A stretch of DNA of 64,000 bases from an uncultured Pseudomonadota bacterium (GCA_902798205.1 CADBVV010000001.1:3020-67019); one strand, 5' to 3'; shown: positions 1-10,585, counted from the stretch's first letter. Numbers and translations: made by a program. Notes: a model not told the origin generated them from the letters alone.

Positions 1-346
1 CAGCAGTAACGACAGCTGGGCCTTTGACTTTAATTGTTGCTTTGTGTTGACCTTCGGTTAACGCTTTGAAATAAACACCTTTCAAATTCAAAAGGATATC
101 TGTAACATCTTCACGAACACCGCTGATGCTGCTGAATTCATGTTGAACGCCATCAATTTTAACATAAATTGGTGCGCATCCTTGCAATGAAGACAACAAA
201 ACACGACGCAATGCTGTGCCAAGTGTCAAACCAAAACCCTTTTCCAAAGGTTCTGCAATTAAAGTTGCAATATTAGGATTTTTTTCATCGACTTTGATAT
301 TCAATTTTTTTGGCTTGATCAAAGTCATCCAGTTTTTTTCAATCAT
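1..346 (-). CDS. rpoA: RNA polymerase alpha subunit, N-terminal part; runs off the window
   Basis: Manual translation from ATG at 346: [15 protein letters not shown]...[25 protein letters not shown]...[28 protein letters not shown] upstream. Absent from the ORF track because it is truncated. Confidence 0.97.
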   Translation of the reverse strand, partial: MIEKNWMTLIKPKKLNIKVDEKNPNIATLIAEPLEKGFGLTLGTALRRVLLSSLQGCAPIYVKIDGVQHEFSSISGVREDVTDILLNLKGVYFKALTEGQHKATIKVKGPAVVTA

Positions 347-414
347 TTTTTACTCCATCAGGCTTAGTTTATTATTTTCACCAGATTTACACGAAATTCC
401 TTTCGTGCCCGCGA

Positions 415-443
415 ATTTTATACCAAAAAATAAAGAAAGTCAA
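415..443 (-). promoter_or_regulatory. sigma70-type promoter for rpoA
   Basis: TTGACT-N17-TAAAAT on the minus strand. Confidence 0.65.
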
Positions 444-448
444 TTTAT

Positions 449-1483
449 TTAATAGTTATTTTTTCTTAGTGTTTGAACAACCTTGGTATTTACGGGGCCC
501 CATACCTTGTTGTCGCCCAAACTGTAAGAAGATTTGCAATTTAAACGTTCCTCGATAAAATTAATTTTTCCACCCTTGCGGCCACCCGAAGTATTGGCAA
601 GTTCTTCATCACAAGCACACTTTGGTTTATAACATAATTGTGCCGGTATTGATTTGCAGGCCTCGCTGGCTATACACTGTATACCAAAGCCATCTTCACG
701 GTCTTTACAAGAACCATCAAATGTCTTTTTAACATTATTTTCTGTTACCTCGCTTGCAGGACCACTGGCATATGTGGAATACCCCATTGCACATTCTGAA
801 CATTGCGAACTGCCAGATTCCGCATATTCGTCCTGACCACATGCTGTCGCATCACTACACATAACTTTGTCGTTATTATTTTTTATATCCCCATCACCAG
901 GACATGCAAAACCAGCGGGACATATTTCACAAGCCCCATCATCATCAACACAATGTCCACTGTGGCAATATCCACATTCGCCATTTATGTTGTATTGATT
1001 CTCAGGGCAAGCTTTACAATAATCAACTGTACCAGAATCAACGTCTTTTATTATATCACTTGGCAAATCTTTATCTTCTTTCGGAACCGATTGTGCAGCA
1101 CCATATACAGTATAATTATCTTTACGGACATAAGCCTCTTGTTGTGCATCATACACATATACAACATTAGTTCCAGCCCCACAAATTGAAGAACCTGTGA
1201 CAGTTTTTAATTTTATTGCACAACTTTCTATATTATCAGAAGAAACTTCGGTATTTTCTATGAATTCATATAAAGTCCATTCAAATTTAGGACAATCTGT
1301 TACCTTGTCGTTAGAAATATACTGTCCAGGCTGAATAGCACAAATGGTAACGCTAAAAGTATCATTTGTTTTACACTTCGCCGGACCGTCTGTTGTTGCA
1401 TCTTCTGCAAAGACAGACTGCGAACATGTACACGCAATGCTTATAAAAACAACAGATAAAAAACGCAAACAATTAAATTTCAT
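449..1483 (-). CDS. Secreted cysteine-rich protein with CxxCPxG(x)Y/F-type (GCC2_GCC3/ephrin-receptor-like) repeats
   Basis: Signal peptide ending SVFA; 27 Cys in 344 aa; CKACPENQY, CEICPAGFAC, CSECAMGY. Confidence 0.8.
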   Translation of the reverse strand: MKFNCLRFLSVVFISIACTCSQSVFAEDATTDGPAKCKTNDTFSVTICAIQPGQYISNDKVTDCPKFEWTLYEFIENTEVSSDNIESCAIKLKTVTGSSICGAGTNVVYVYDAQQEAYVRKDNYTVYGAAQSVPKEDKDLPSDIIKDVDSGTVDYCKACPENQYNINGECGYCHSGHCVDDDGACEICPAGFACPGDGDIKNNNDKVMCSDATACGQDEYAESGSSQCSECAMGYSTYASGPASEVTENNVKKTFDGSCKDREDGFGIQCIASEACKSIPAQLCYKPKCACDEELANTSGGRKGGKINFIEERLNCKSSYSLGDNKVWGPVNTKVVQTLRKNNY

Positions 1484-1517
1484 CTCTGTAAAAACAACCC
1501 TTTCCTTTTATGGAAAT

Positions 1518-1546
1518 ATGATATCAATTTTCTGTTTTTTGTGCAA
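1518..1546 (-). promoter_or_regulatory. sigma70-type promoter for the Cys-rich gene
   Basis: TTGCAC-N17-TATCAT with TG extension. Confidence 0.5.
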
Positions 1547-1558
1547 TCAATATTTTAT

Positions 1559-1585
1559 AAAAAACACCGCCAAAAATGGCGGTGT
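1559..1585 (-). terminator. Intrinsic terminator after rpsK
   Basis: ACACCGCCA/TGGCGGTGT stem followed by a T-run on the minus strand. Confidence 0.75.
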
Positions 1586-1607
1586 AATTCTTGTTCGCAA
1601 ATGCGTA

Positions 1608-1991
1608 TTAAACACGACGAACTTTCTTTGGACGGCACCCGTTGTGTGGAATACGTGTCGTATCTGTAATAGATTGAACAATCAATCCTGCATTTGCCAA
1701 ACCACGAACAGCAGATTCACGACCTTGGCCAATACCACGCATCAAAACATCAACTGTTTTCATACCCATTTCGGCAACTTTTTTGCCAACTGCGTCTGCA
1801 ACAACTGTTGCGGCATATGGTGTTGATTTTTTTGCACCTTTGAAGTTATTAGCACCTGCTGTTGCCCATGTTAATACGGCACCAGTTTGGTCTGTGATTG
1901 TTATACGTGTATTATTATTTGTTGCAACCACATGTGCAATACCATGTGATACTTTCTTTACAACTTTCTTTTTTGATTTTGTAACTGCCAT
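1608..1991 (-). CDS. rpsK: 30S ribosomal protein S11
   Basis: GAKKSTPYAA, GRESAVR, IPHNGCRPKK; start moved to the ATG after an AAAGGA RBS. Confidence 0.97.
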   Translation of the reverse strand: MAVTKSKKKVVKKVSHGIAHVVATNNNTRITITDQTGAVLTWATAGANNFKGAKKSTPYAATVVADAVGKKVAEMGMKTVDVLMRGIGQGRESAVRGLANAGLIVQSITDTTRIPHNGCRPKKVRRV

Positions 1992-2054
1992 TTGTGTTTT
2001 TCCTTTATTAGATGTCTTCAATTAACTATCGTGTTAATCTCTACCCAATTAAAC

Positions 2055-2432
2055 TTATTTACCCTTGGTCGCAGAACCTGCAACAACAACGCGTTTACCC
2101 TTACGAGTTCTTGCGTTAGTTTGTGTGCGTTGACCACGAACTGGTAAACGGTTACGATGACGAATTCCGCGATATGTTTTCAAATCTTGCAAACGTTTAA
2201 TATTCATTGCAACTTCGCGACGAACGTCACCTTCTACTTTAAAGTTTTGTTCAATATAATTTGAAATTTTGATAACATCTTCGTCAGTCAAATCTTTTGC
2301 GCGCAGACCGTCTTTCAATTTCAATGCAGAACAAATCTGTGCAGATTTAGCCGGCCCAATACCATGAATGTATTGCAACGCAATTTCAATGCGTTTTTCG
2401 GACGGGATGTTAACACCTGCTATACGTGCCAT
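2055..2432 (-). CDS. rpsM: 30S ribosomal protein S13
   Basis: [33 protein letters not shown]. Confidence 0.98.
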   Translation of the reverse strand: MARIAGVNIPSEKRIEIALQYIHGIGPAKSAQICSALKLKDGLRAKDLTDEDVIKISNYIEQNFKVEGDVRREVAMNIKRLQDLKTYRGIRHRNRLPVRGQRTQTNARTRKGKRVVVAGSATKGK

Positions 2433-2578
2433 CTTTTATTTTCCTTTTTTGTTTCTTGTTATTCGAATGTTTCCATTCGGACCATGAATATTCAAAATCC
2501 ACACGTTTTTTGAATATTCCCTGATTTTCATACCAACCAAAAATATCATGCGTTGATATAAAAATCAAATCTTTTGTC

Positions 2579-3895
2579 TTAGCCGCGGAAACGACCTTTC
2601 TTTTGTGTTTTGTTCACAACACCTGTGTATTGTTTTTCAACCAAATAAGATTTTATTTGATTCATTGTGTCCAATACCACACCAGCAACGATTAAAACAC
2701 TGGTTCCACCAATCATTAAAGGCATACCACCACGGGTATTCAACAAGATTGGCACCACACAAACAACTATTAAATACACTACACCGATTGCTGTTGTTCT
2801 TGATACAACACCATCAAGATAATGCATTGTTTGTTCGCCCGGACGGACACCTGGGATGTATCCACCCATATTCTTTAAATTGTTACTTGTTTCTTCACTG
2901 TTAAATACAACAGCTGTTTGGAAATACGCAAAGAATGCGATTAACACTGTGTACAATAACATATAAGACCAAGTTCCATATGTAAAGAATCCAAGTATTT
3001 GTTGTACAAATAAATTCTCACTTTGAACAAATCTTTGAACAAATGCTGGCAACATCATGATAGATGCAGCAAACACAGGTCCCATAACACCAGACATATT
3101 AACCTTGATTGGTAAATATGAAACATTTGTATTCATTACACCATTAGCCATCGCTTGACGTGGATACAAAATTTGGATACGACGTTGTGCCTGTTCCATA
3201 AATGCAATCAATGCAACAATACCTATGACGAAAGCCAAAACCAATGCAATCTTTGCAGGCGACATTTGACCAACGCCAATCAAAGAAAACAGTTTTGCAA
3301 TTCCACCAGGAACTTCCGCGATAATACCTGCGAAAATCAATAATGATGCACCCTGCCCGATACCACGTGATGTAACCTGTTCGGCCAACCACATAACAAA
3401 TACAGTTCCACCAACCAATGCAACTATCGCAGATAATTCAAATGCAAAACCTGGATTTGCAACCGCTGGAACACCATTAACCGCAGCCATAGATTCAAGA
3501 CCGCGAACAACTGCCCAACCTTGAACCACAGCCAACAATACCGCCAAATAACGTGTATATTGGTTAATTTTGATACGTCCAGATTCACCTTCTTTGCGCA
3601 AATCAGTCAAAGATTTGCTGGTTGCTGTCAACAATTGAATTACGATTGACGCTGAAATGTATGGGAAAATATTTAAAGCCAAAACAGACATACGTGACAA
3701 TGATCCACCCGAAAACATATCAAACATTCCCATCATACCATTATCACCGTTGAACAAATGCAAAACCGCACTTGCATTAACACCTGGTAATGGAATAAAT
3801 GAACCAATACGATAAACAATCAACGCACCCAATGTGAACAAGATACGTTTTTGTAAATCTGTCAGATTGCCAAAAATATTTTTCAAAAATTTCAT
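2579..3895 (-). CDS. secY: Preprotein translocase SecY
   Basis: Multiple TM helices; FSGG, PYISASI, IPGVRPG motifs. Confidence 0.98.
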   Translation of the reverse strand: MKFLKNIFGNLTDLQKRILFTLGALIVYRIGSFIPLPGVNASAVLHLFNGDNGMMGMFDMFSGGSLSRMSVLALNIFPYISASIVIQLLTATSKSLTDLRKEGESGRIKINQYTRYLAVLLAVVQGWAVVRGLESMAAVNGVPAVANPGFAFELSAIVALVGGTVFVMWLAEQVTSRGIGQGASLLIFAGIIAEVPGGIAKLFSLIGVGQMSPAKIALVLAFVIGIVALIAFMEQAQRRIQILYPRQAMANGVMNTNVSYLPIKVNMSGVMGPVFAASIMMLPAFVQRFVQSENLFVQQILGFFTYGTWSYMLLYTVLIAFFAYFQTAVVFNSEETSNNLKNMGGYIPGVRPGEQTMHYLDGVVSRTTAIGVVYLIVVCVVPILLNTRGGMPLMIGGTSVLIVAGVVLDTMNQIKSYLVEKQYTGVVNKTQKKGRFRG

Positions 3896-3948
3896 GGTTT
3901 TTGAACTTTATGTTTTAAGCATTCGGAAAAATCCGAATGCTTTATTAA

Positions 3949-4407
3949 TTATTTAGATGCGATTTTTCCACCTGCTTTAACGATTGCAGCTTCGGCTGAT
4001 TTAGACCATTTGTCTGCAACAATGTTAACAGCTGATTTAATTTCACCTTTTGCCAAAACTTTCAAACCGTCCATTTTACGATTCAAAATTTTTGCTTCGA
4101 ACAAAGAATCCAATGTGATTTCTTTCTTTGCATCAATTTTACCAGATGCGATAAATTTTTCAATATCACCCAGGTTAATTGTTGCATATTCTTTGTGGAA
4201 AGGATTGTTGAAACCAAATTTTGGGAAACGACGCAAAATTGGCATTTGTCCACCTTGGAATGTGGCTTGTTTACGTGAACCAGAACGGGCTTTTTGACCT
4301 TTGTTACCACGACCAGATGTTTTACCATAACCAGATGCCATACCACGACCAACGCGTTTAACGTCTTTGCGTGCACCAAAATTATCCATCAATGCATTTA
4401 ATTTCAT
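3949..4407 (-). CDS. rplO: 50S ribosomal protein L15
   Basis: RVGRG..GKTSGRGNKGQKARSG, FQGGQMP. Confidence 0.97.
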   Translation of the reverse strand: MKLNALMDNFGARKDVKRVGRGMASGYGKTSGRGNKGQKARSGSRKQATFQGGQMPILRRFPKFGFNNPFHKEYATINLGDIEKFIASGKIDAKKEITLDSLFEAKILNRKMDGLKVLAKGEIKSAVNIVADKWSKSAEAAIVKAGGKIASK

Positions 4408-4486
4408 TTCTTTTTCCTTTTTGTCCTATGACTATGATATAGTCCTTGTCGCACATAATTCAAGATTATGTACTCGGTTAATTTTA

Positions 4487-5041
4487 TTATTTTGCTTCTT
4501 CTGCTGTTTCTAATTTTTTACCATCACGGCCAGCAATGATTTCTGCGACTGTTTTGCCACGACGTGCAGCAACAGTTTTAGGAGAATTCATTTTTTCAAA
4601 GGCCAAGAAAGCAGCACGAATCATATTGTTTGGATTGTTTGAACCTTGTGATTTAACAACAACGTCCTGAACACCCAAGCATTCAAATACTGCACGCAAT
4701 GCACCACCGGCAATAATACCAGTACCTGGAACAGCACTGCGGACAACCAATTTGCTGGCGCCATATTTTGCAGAACTGTCATGATGCAATGTACGACCTT
4801 CTTTCAAAGGAACGCGCAACATTCTTGCTTTTGCTGCTTTTGTTGCTTTTTGAACAGCGGCTTGAACTTCCAAAGCTTTACCTTTGCCAAATCCAACCAT
4901 GCCCGCTTTGTCCCCAACAACAACCAATGCAGAGAAAGACATATTACGTCCACCCTTCACTGTTTTGGAAACGCGGTTGATAGAAACTAATTTATCTACC
5001 AAATTATCTGACTGTAATTTTTTTTCATCAAAACGTGCCAT
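4487..5041 (-). CDS. rpsE: 30S ribosomal protein S5
   Basis: [20 protein letters not shown]; start after GGAG RBS. Confidence 0.97.
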   Translation of the reverse strand: MARFDEKKLQSDNLVDKLVSINRVSKTVKGGRNMSFSALVVVGDKAGMVGFGKGKALEVQAAVQKATKAAKARMLRVPLKEGRTLHHDSSAKYGASKLVVRSAVPGTGIIAGGALRAVFECLGVQDVVVKSQGSNNPNNMIRAAFLAFEKMNSPKTVAARRGKTVAEIIAGRDGKKLETAEEAK

Positions 5042-5060
5042 TGTTTTACGCTCCATCTAA

Positions 5061-5417
5061 TTAAATTTTCATTCCGTTTGCGCGCATTGCATCGCCCAAA
5101 GCTTTTACACGACCATGATATAAATAACGACCACGATCAAAATAATAGTTATCTTTGATACCAGCTTTTGCCATACGTTCAGCAAAAATTTTGCCCAACA
5201 TTTCTGCACCAGCGATATTCCAACCTTTGCCTTTGAAATCTTTTTCTTTTGTTGATGCTGCACACAATGTGTGACCTTTTACATCATCAATAGCTTGGAT
5301 TTCAATATGACGATCCGAACGGAACACTGACAAACGAATTTTGCCAGGATTCTTTCTTTTCAACGCACCGCGATTTGCCAATGTACGTCTTTCATCAGAA
5401 GATAAATGTCTTAACAT
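5061..5417 (-). CDS. rplR: 50S ribosomal protein L18
   Basis: RLSVFRS, FDRG..YHGRVKAL. Confidence 0.96.
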   Translation of the reverse strand: MLRHLSSDERRTLANRGALKRKNPGKIRLSVFRSDRHIEIQAIDDVKGHTLCAASTKEKDFKGKGWNIAGAEMLGKIFAERMAKAGIKDNYYFDRGRYLYHGRVKALGDAMRANGMKI

Positions 5418-5463
5418 TTTATTTTTCCTTTGTTCACATTCCCGTAACAGCGGGAATTATTTA

Positions 5464-6015
5464 TTATTTCTTTTTGCCTTCTTTGCGACGGATATATTCG
5501 TCTTTATAGAAGATACCTTTACCTTTATATGGGTCTGCTTTGCGGATTTTGTGAATCTTGTCAGCAAATTGTCCCAACAAATTCTTGTCGATACCAGAAA
5601 TTGTGAATTCTGTTGGTGTTTCACCCATTGTAACAGTCAAGCCAGCTGGAATTTCCATAACAACATCATGAGAAAAACCAACAACCAATGTAAAGATGTT
5701 TCCTTTGACAGATGCTTTATAACCAACACCTTTCATGTACATTGCTTTTGCGAAGCCTTCGGATACACCCTTTACAGCAGCTTTGATATTACGTGTCATT
5801 GTTCCCCACATAGCGCGCGAAGCTTTATCTTCCGCATTCTTTGGTGTAACAACAACGTGACCATCTTCTACTTTAATATCTACCAAACCGGCATTTTTTG
5901 TTTCCAAAGAAACATGCAATTCGCCTTTTGGTCCTTTTACAACTACAGCGTTATCTGTCAATTCAACCGATACGCCATTTTTAATTTCTACTGGATATTT
6001 TCCTGCACGAGACAT
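5464..6015 (-). CDS. rplF: 50S ribosomal protein L6
   Basis: MSRAGK, VKGPKG, GVGYKA, PYKGKGI. Confidence 0.97.
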   Translation of the reverse strand: MSRAGKYPVEIKNGVSVELTDNAVVVKGPKGELHVSLETKNAGLVDIKVEDGHVVVTPKNAEDKASRAMWGTMTRNIKAAVKGVSEGFAKAMYMKGVGYKASVKGNIFTLVVGFSHDVVMEIPAGLTVTMGETPTEFTISGIDKNLLGQFADKIHKIRKADPYKGKGIFYKDEYIRRKEGKKK

Positions 6016-6031
6016 AACGATTTCCTTTTGA

Positions 6032-6430
6032 TTAGATAACTTTGCATAATACTTCACCGCCAACATTCATAAGGCGAGCTTTGTGATCTGTCATAACGCC
6101 GTTTGGTGTTGATACAACAGCAATACCCAAACCGTTCAAAACGCGTGGCATTTTCGCACAAGACGAATATACACGACGACCCGGTTTTGATACAGTTGTT
6201 ATTTCTTGGATTGCACCGTTACCATTAACGTATTTTAATTCAATAACCAAATTTGCGCGTTTATCATCGATTTTTTCTTCGCGAAAATCTGTTATGAAAC
6301 CTTCATCTTTCAATACAGCCAATACTGCTGCACGTAATTTACTGTTTGGAACAGAGACTGTTTCTTTACCAGCATTTTGACCATTACGGATGCGGGTAAC
6401 CATATCTCCGATTGGATGTGATATTGACAT
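6032..6430 (-). CDS. rpsH: 30S ribosomal protein S8
   Basis: DMVTRIRNG, SKPGRRVY, GGEVLC. Confidence 0.98.
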   Translation of the reverse strand: MSISHPIGDMVTRIRNGQNAGKETVSVPNSKLRAAVLAVLKDEGFITDFREEKIDDKRANLVIELKYVNGNGAIQEITTVSKPGRRVYSSCAKMPRVLNGLGIAVVSTPNGVMTDHKARLMNVGGEVLCKVI

Positions 6431-6504
6431 TTTTTACTCCTTGTTTTGCAAGAATTTCTTCTTGCTCTTGGGCTGCATTGTCCACAGCTTGCTTTTAATT
6501 TATC

Positions 6505-6807
6505 TTACCAGCTGGATTTACGAACACCTGGTAATTTTCCTTCTGATGCCATTGTGCGAACTTGTTGACGGCACAAACCGAACAAGCGAGAGAACCCACG
6601 TGCACGACCAGTGATAGAACAACGATTGTGCAAACGTGTTGGATTTGCGTTGCGTGGCAACTTTGCCAATTTTTTCATGGCATCCATACGTTCTTCTGGT
6701 GTCGCATTAACAGACATCTTTGCTTTAATTGATTCGCGTTTTTTTGCATATTGCGCAACCAATTTTTCACGTCTTTTTTGTTTGTTTATTAACGCTAATT
6801 TAGCCAT
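6505..6807 (-). CDS. rpsN: 30S ribosomal protein S14 (long form)
   Basis: LPRN, RCSITGR, LPGVRKSSW. Confidence 0.97.
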   Translation of the reverse strand: MAKLALINKQKRREKLVAQYAKKRESIKAKMSVNATPEERMDAMKKLAKLPRNANPTRLHNRCSITGRARGFSRLFGLCRQQVRTMASEGKLPGVRKSSW

Positions 6808-6823
6808 TTTTATTTCCTTATAA

Positions 6824-7369
6824 TTATTTCAAAACCAAAGGCAAGCCGATTTTTGTCAGCAATGCACGGGCTTCATCATCTGTTTTTGCTGTTGTAACAA
6901 TAACGATATCCATACCACGGATAGCATCAATTTTATCAACAGAAATTTCTGGGAATATCAAATGTTCTTTGATACCGAACGCATAATTTCCACGACCATC
7001 AAATTTAGATTTTGAGAGCCCTCGGAAGTCTTTAACACGTGGCAAAGCCACTGTGATTAATTTATCCAAGAAATCATACATTCTTTTGCCACGCAAAGTT
7101 ACTTTTGTTCCAATTGCTTGACCTTCGCGTAAACGATAAGTAGCAATTGATTTCTTTGCATGTGTGATGATTGATTTTTGTGCAGCAATCGCTGTTAAAT
7201 CAGCAGCGGCACTGTCCAATTTCTTTTTATCAGATACAGCTTCGCCAACGCCCATATTCAAAACGATTTTGGTAAGTTTCGGAACTGCAAACATATTTTT
7301 GTACCCGAATTCTTTAACTAATTCAGGAACAACGTTTTTTTCATAAATTTCACGCAATCTGCTTTGCAT
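6824..7369 (-). CDS. rplE: 50S ribosomal protein L5
   Basis: [27 protein letters not shown]. Confidence 0.98.
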   Translation of the reverse strand: MQSRLREIYEKNVVPELVKEFGYKNMFAVPKLTKIVLNMGVGEAVSDKKKLDSAAADLTAIAAQKSIITHAKKSIATYRLREGQAIGTKVTLRGKRMYDFLDKLITVALPRVKDFRGLSKSKFDGRGNYAFGIKEHLIFPEISVDKIDAIRGMDIVIVTTAKTDDEARALLTKIGLPLVLK

Positions 7370-7417
7370 TTTTTGTACCTTTTCGTTATCGATTCCGTAA
7401 CAGCGGAATCATTTGTT

Positions 7418-7720
7418 TTAAATTTCTGTTCCAGATTTTTTTGAAACGCGAACTTTTTTATCACCTTTCATTTCATATCCAGCACGTGTTGCTTTTTTTG
7501 TTTTTGGATCAATCAATGCAACATTAGATACATGAATTGGTGCTTCGCGATCAACGATGTGACCTGGTTGTTCTTGTGTTGGTTTGATGTGCCATTTGTG
7601 ACGGTTCACACCTTCGACAACAACACGGGATTCTGTTGGACGTGCTTGTAATACTTTACCTTTGACGCCTTTGTATTTTCCCGAAATAACTACGACTTCG
7701 TCGCCTTTCTTAATTTTCAT
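7418..7720 (-). CDS. rplX: 50S ribosomal protein L24
   Basis: [21 protein letters not shown]. Confidence 0.97.
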   Translation of the reverse strand: MKIKKGDEVVVISGKYKGVKGKVLQARPTESRVVVEGVNRHKWHIKPTQEQPGHIVDREAPIHVSNVALIDPKTKKATRAGYEMKGDKKVRVSKKSGTEI

Positions 7721-7748
7721 TTTTTCGCCTTTTAGTTAGTCAAAAGTA

Positions 7749-8123
7749 TTATATTACTTCCGGTGCCAAAGACACGATTTTTTGAACATCGTATTTACGA
7801 CGAACTTCACGTGCAATTGGGCCAAAGATACGTGTTCCAATTGGTTCAAAATTGTTTTTGTTAATCAAAACAACCGCGTTATCATCAAAACGGATAATAG
7901 ATCCATCTGGACGTTTAACTGGGAATTTTGTTCTTACGATTATTGCACGTTGAACAGTTCCTTTTTGAACTTTACCACGTGGAATAGCATCTTTAATAGC
8001 GACAACGATTTTATCGCCAACTGTTGCATAACGACGATGAGAACCGCCTAAAACTTTGATACACATAGCTTTACGTGCACCAGAGTTATCTGCAACTGTC
8101 ATAACTGTTTCATTTTGTATCAT
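7749..8123 (-). CDS. rplN: 50S ribosomal protein L14
   Basis: MIQ..VADNSGA, FDDNAVV, GTRIFGP, SLAPEV. Confidence 0.98.
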   Translation of the reverse strand: MIQNETVMTVADNSGARKAMCIKVLGGSHRRYATVGDKIVVAIKDAIPRGKVQKGTVQRAIIVRTKFPVKRPDGSIIRFDDNAVVLINKNNFEPIGTRIFGPIAREVRRKYDVQKIVSLAPEVI

Positions 8124-8243
8124 AACTTTTTTCCTTAATCCTGCAAATGGGGCCATCCCCCACTGCTTTGTTACCGGGTTTCGACTGTCTTGAATTTTGC
8201 GTTAATGTTTCAGATTCAAGACCTCAAAAAACCCACCAATTTA

Positions 8244-8510
8244 TTAGTCAACATTAACAGTTGTGTCTTTGCTGACCCCAACACGGCCCTTTACAATCCA
8301 AGATTTTGTCTTGGAAATAGGACGATGTTCTTCAATAGCAACGATTTCACCAACTTTATATTCGTTGTTTTCATCGTGTGCCTTGTATTTTTTATTCTGC
8401 TTCACGAACTTTCCGTACAATGGATGACGAAAACGGCGTTCTACCTCTACAACGACAGTTTTGTCATTTGCTGTACTTTTTACAGTTCCTTGCAGTATAC
8501 GTCTTGGCAT
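8244..8510 (-). CDS. rpsQ: 30S ribosomal protein S17
   Basis: DKTVVV, HPLYGK, RPISKTK. Confidence 0.97.
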   Translation of the reverse strand: MPRRILQGTVKSTANDKTVVVEVERRFRHPLYGKFVKQNKKYKAHDENNEYKVGEIVAIEEHRPISKTKSWIVKGRVGVSKDTTVNVD

Positions 8511-8583
8511 AACTTTAGTCCTTATTTTTTGTTTCCGGCTTTTGATTTTACACTAAAAAAACCAAAAGTCAAAGATTTAGTTA

Positions 8584-8796
8584 TTATTTCGCAGCATTCA
8601 ACTTGGTTTTTACACGTGCAATTTCACGGCGAGTTTTACGCAAAACATGTGTTTTTGGCAATTGACCCGCAGCCAGTTGAAAGCGTTGATTCATTTGTTC
8701 TTTTTTCAAATCAACCAATTTGCTTTGCAAAGCTTCCTTTGTCAAAGCTTCTTTTTCGGCTGTTTTAGCTGTCTTAGCTGTTTTCTTTTCTGCCAT
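8584..8796 (-). CDS. rpmC: 50S ribosomal protein L29
   Basis: [18 protein letters not shown]; operon position. Confidence 0.93.
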   Translation of the reverse strand: MAEKKTAKTAKTAEKEALTKEALQSKLVDLKKEQMNQRFQLAAGQLPKTHVLRKTRREIARVKTKLNAAK

Positions 8797-8821
8797 TTCT
8801 TCTAACCTTTTTGCACTTGTA

Positions 8822-9235
8822 TTAGTTTACTTTGCGGTCTACGATTTTTGTTTTAACTGGCAATTTTGCAGCAGCCAAAGCAAATGCTTCATATGCGATT
8901 TCTGGTTTAACACCGTCAAGTTCGAACATGATGCGGCCTGGTTTAACGCGGCAAATCCAGTATTCAACAGCACCTTTACCTTTACCCATACGAACACCAC
9001 CTGGTTTTGCAGTCACTGGAACATCTGGGAAAATACGAATCCATAATTTACCCTGACGTCTCATATGACGGGTGATAGCACGACGGGCTGCTTCTATCTG
9101 ACGTGCAGTTACACGTTCAGGAGACATTGCTTTCAGACCAAACGACCCAAACGCCAATTCACTTCCACCTTTTGCTGCTCCGTGAATACGACCTTTGTGC
9201 TGTTTGCGAAATTTTGTTTTATTTGGCATTAACAT
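8822..9235 (-). CDS. rplP: 50S ribosomal protein L16
   Basis: [22 protein letters not shown]. Confidence 0.98.
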   Translation of the reverse strand: MLMPNKTKFRKQHKGRIHGAAKGGSELAFGSFGLKAMSPERVTARQIEAARRAITRHMRRQGKLWIRIFPDVPVTAKPGGVRMGKGKGAVEYWICRVKPGRIMFELDGVKPEIAYEAFALAAAKLPVKTKIVDRKVN

Positions 9236-9260
9236 GATTAAAACCTTTAAATTTTAATTA

Positions 9261-9962
9261 TTATTTGCTTTTCTTTTCGCTGCTGCCGGCATATTCAGTC
9301 GGACGCGCCATTTCAGACGCCAGCTTTTCTTTGTTCACAACATCACCTGTGTAAATCCAAACTTTAACGCCGATTACACCGTATGTTGTTTTTGCTTGAA
9401 TTGACGCATAGTCAATATCTGCACGCAATGTATGAAGTGGTATACGACCTTCGCGAATTTGTTCGCTGCGCGCAATTTCAGCACCATTCAAACGACCAGA
9501 GCACATTACTTTGATACCTTGTGCACCAGCTTTTTGAGCGTTTTGAACAGCTTTCTTCATAGCACGTTTGAAAGATACACGACCTTCAATTTGTTGTGCA
9601 ATATTTTGTGCAACTAATTGAGCATTCAAATCTGGACGACGAACTTCATAGATGTTGACAACAACTTGATCGTTCTTTACCAATTTTTTGATATCGTTAC
9701 GCAATGCTTCAATATCTGCACCGTTTTTACCAATAATCATACCTGGACGTGATGTGTGGATAGTAACAACCACTTTTTTAGCAAAACGTTCAATAACGAC
9801 TTTGGCTAATCCTGCTTTCTTTAATTTCTTTTCGACGAATTTACGGATTTTAACGTCTTCTGCCAATAATGCTGCATAATCTTTTTTACCAGCAATCCAG
9901 CGAGAATCTGTAATCTTGTTAATAAATTCGCGTAATGAAATTGGTGATACTTTCTGTCCCAT
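9261..9962 (-). CDS. rpsC: 30S ribosomal protein S3
   Basis: [27 protein letters not shown]. Confidence 0.98.
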   Translation of the reverse strand: MGQKVSPISLREFINKITDSRWIAGKKDYAALLAEDVKIRKFVEKKLKKAGLAKVVIERFAKKVVVTIHTSRPGMIIGKNGADIEALRNDIKKLVKNDQVVVNIYEVRRPDLNAQLVAQNIAQQIEGRVSFKRAMKKAVQNAQKAGAQGIKVMCSGRLNGAEIARSEQIREGRIPLHTLRADIDYASIQAKTTYGVIGVKVWIYTGDVVNKEKLASEMARPTEYAGSSEKKSK

Positions 9963-9978
9963 TTTTTTCACTCCACTT

Positions 9979-10291
9979 TTATTTTGTTACTTTTTTTGTG
10001 TTTTTCTTTTCAGGAGCCGCGCCACTTTCCAAAACGATTGTCAAATTAGAAAATGGTTTCAAAATTGGACGAGCACTTCCACGAGGTCCTGCCATAATAC
10101 GTTTCATTGTCAACGCTTTATTTCAAAACTTCGTCAGAAACGCGTTTTTTCGAAAACTTTAAAACGTCAACGGCACGGTCAACTGGCAAGCCGCGAACCA
10201 TATCACAAACCAGATTTAATTTCTGGTGGCTGATGCGAATCATTTTATTGAACGCACGAACCTGATTGTCTTTTATTCCATATCTTGTCAT
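9979..10291 (-). pseudogene. rplV: 50S ribosomal protein L22, disrupted by an internal deletion and frameshift (possible assembly error)
   Basis: Frame 1: MTRYGIKDNQVRAFNKMIRISHQKLNLVCDMVRGLPVDRAVDVLKFSKKRVSDEVLK, stop at 10118-10120. Another frame continues NKALTMKRIMAGPRGSARPILKPFSNLTIVL..., stop at 9979. The SAxANA helix region is absent. Confidence 0.9.
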
Positions 10292-10306
10292 GATTTTACC
10301 CTACCC

Positions 10307-10585
10307 TTATTTTGCTGCTGCTTTTTTATTTGCGGCATGACCTTTAAATGTACGAGTTGGAGCAAATTCACCCAATTTATGTCCAATCATATCTTCTACG
10401 ATTGATACAGGGATAAATTTGTTACCGTTGTGAACTTCAAATGTCAAACCAACCATAGGTGGCACAATTGTACTGCCACGAGACCAAGTTTTGATAGGTT
10501 TATGGTCATCTTTTTCAATAGCCACCGCTACCTTTTTCAAGATAGATGGGTGAACATAAGGACCTTTCCATACTGAACGAGACAT
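10307..10585 (-). CDS. rpsS: 30S ribosomal protein S19
   Basis: [23 protein letters not shown]. Confidence 0.98.
   Translation of the reverse strand: MSRSVWKGPYVHPSILKKVAVAIEKDDHKPIKTWSRGSTIVPPMVGLTFEVHNGNKFIPVSIVEDMIGHKLGEFAPTRTFKGHAANKKAAAK

Noticed and set aside
10110-10150. Programmed frameshift or stop readthrough rescuing rplV
   Set aside because: About 25-30 conserved codons are physically absent, so recoding cannot restore L22.
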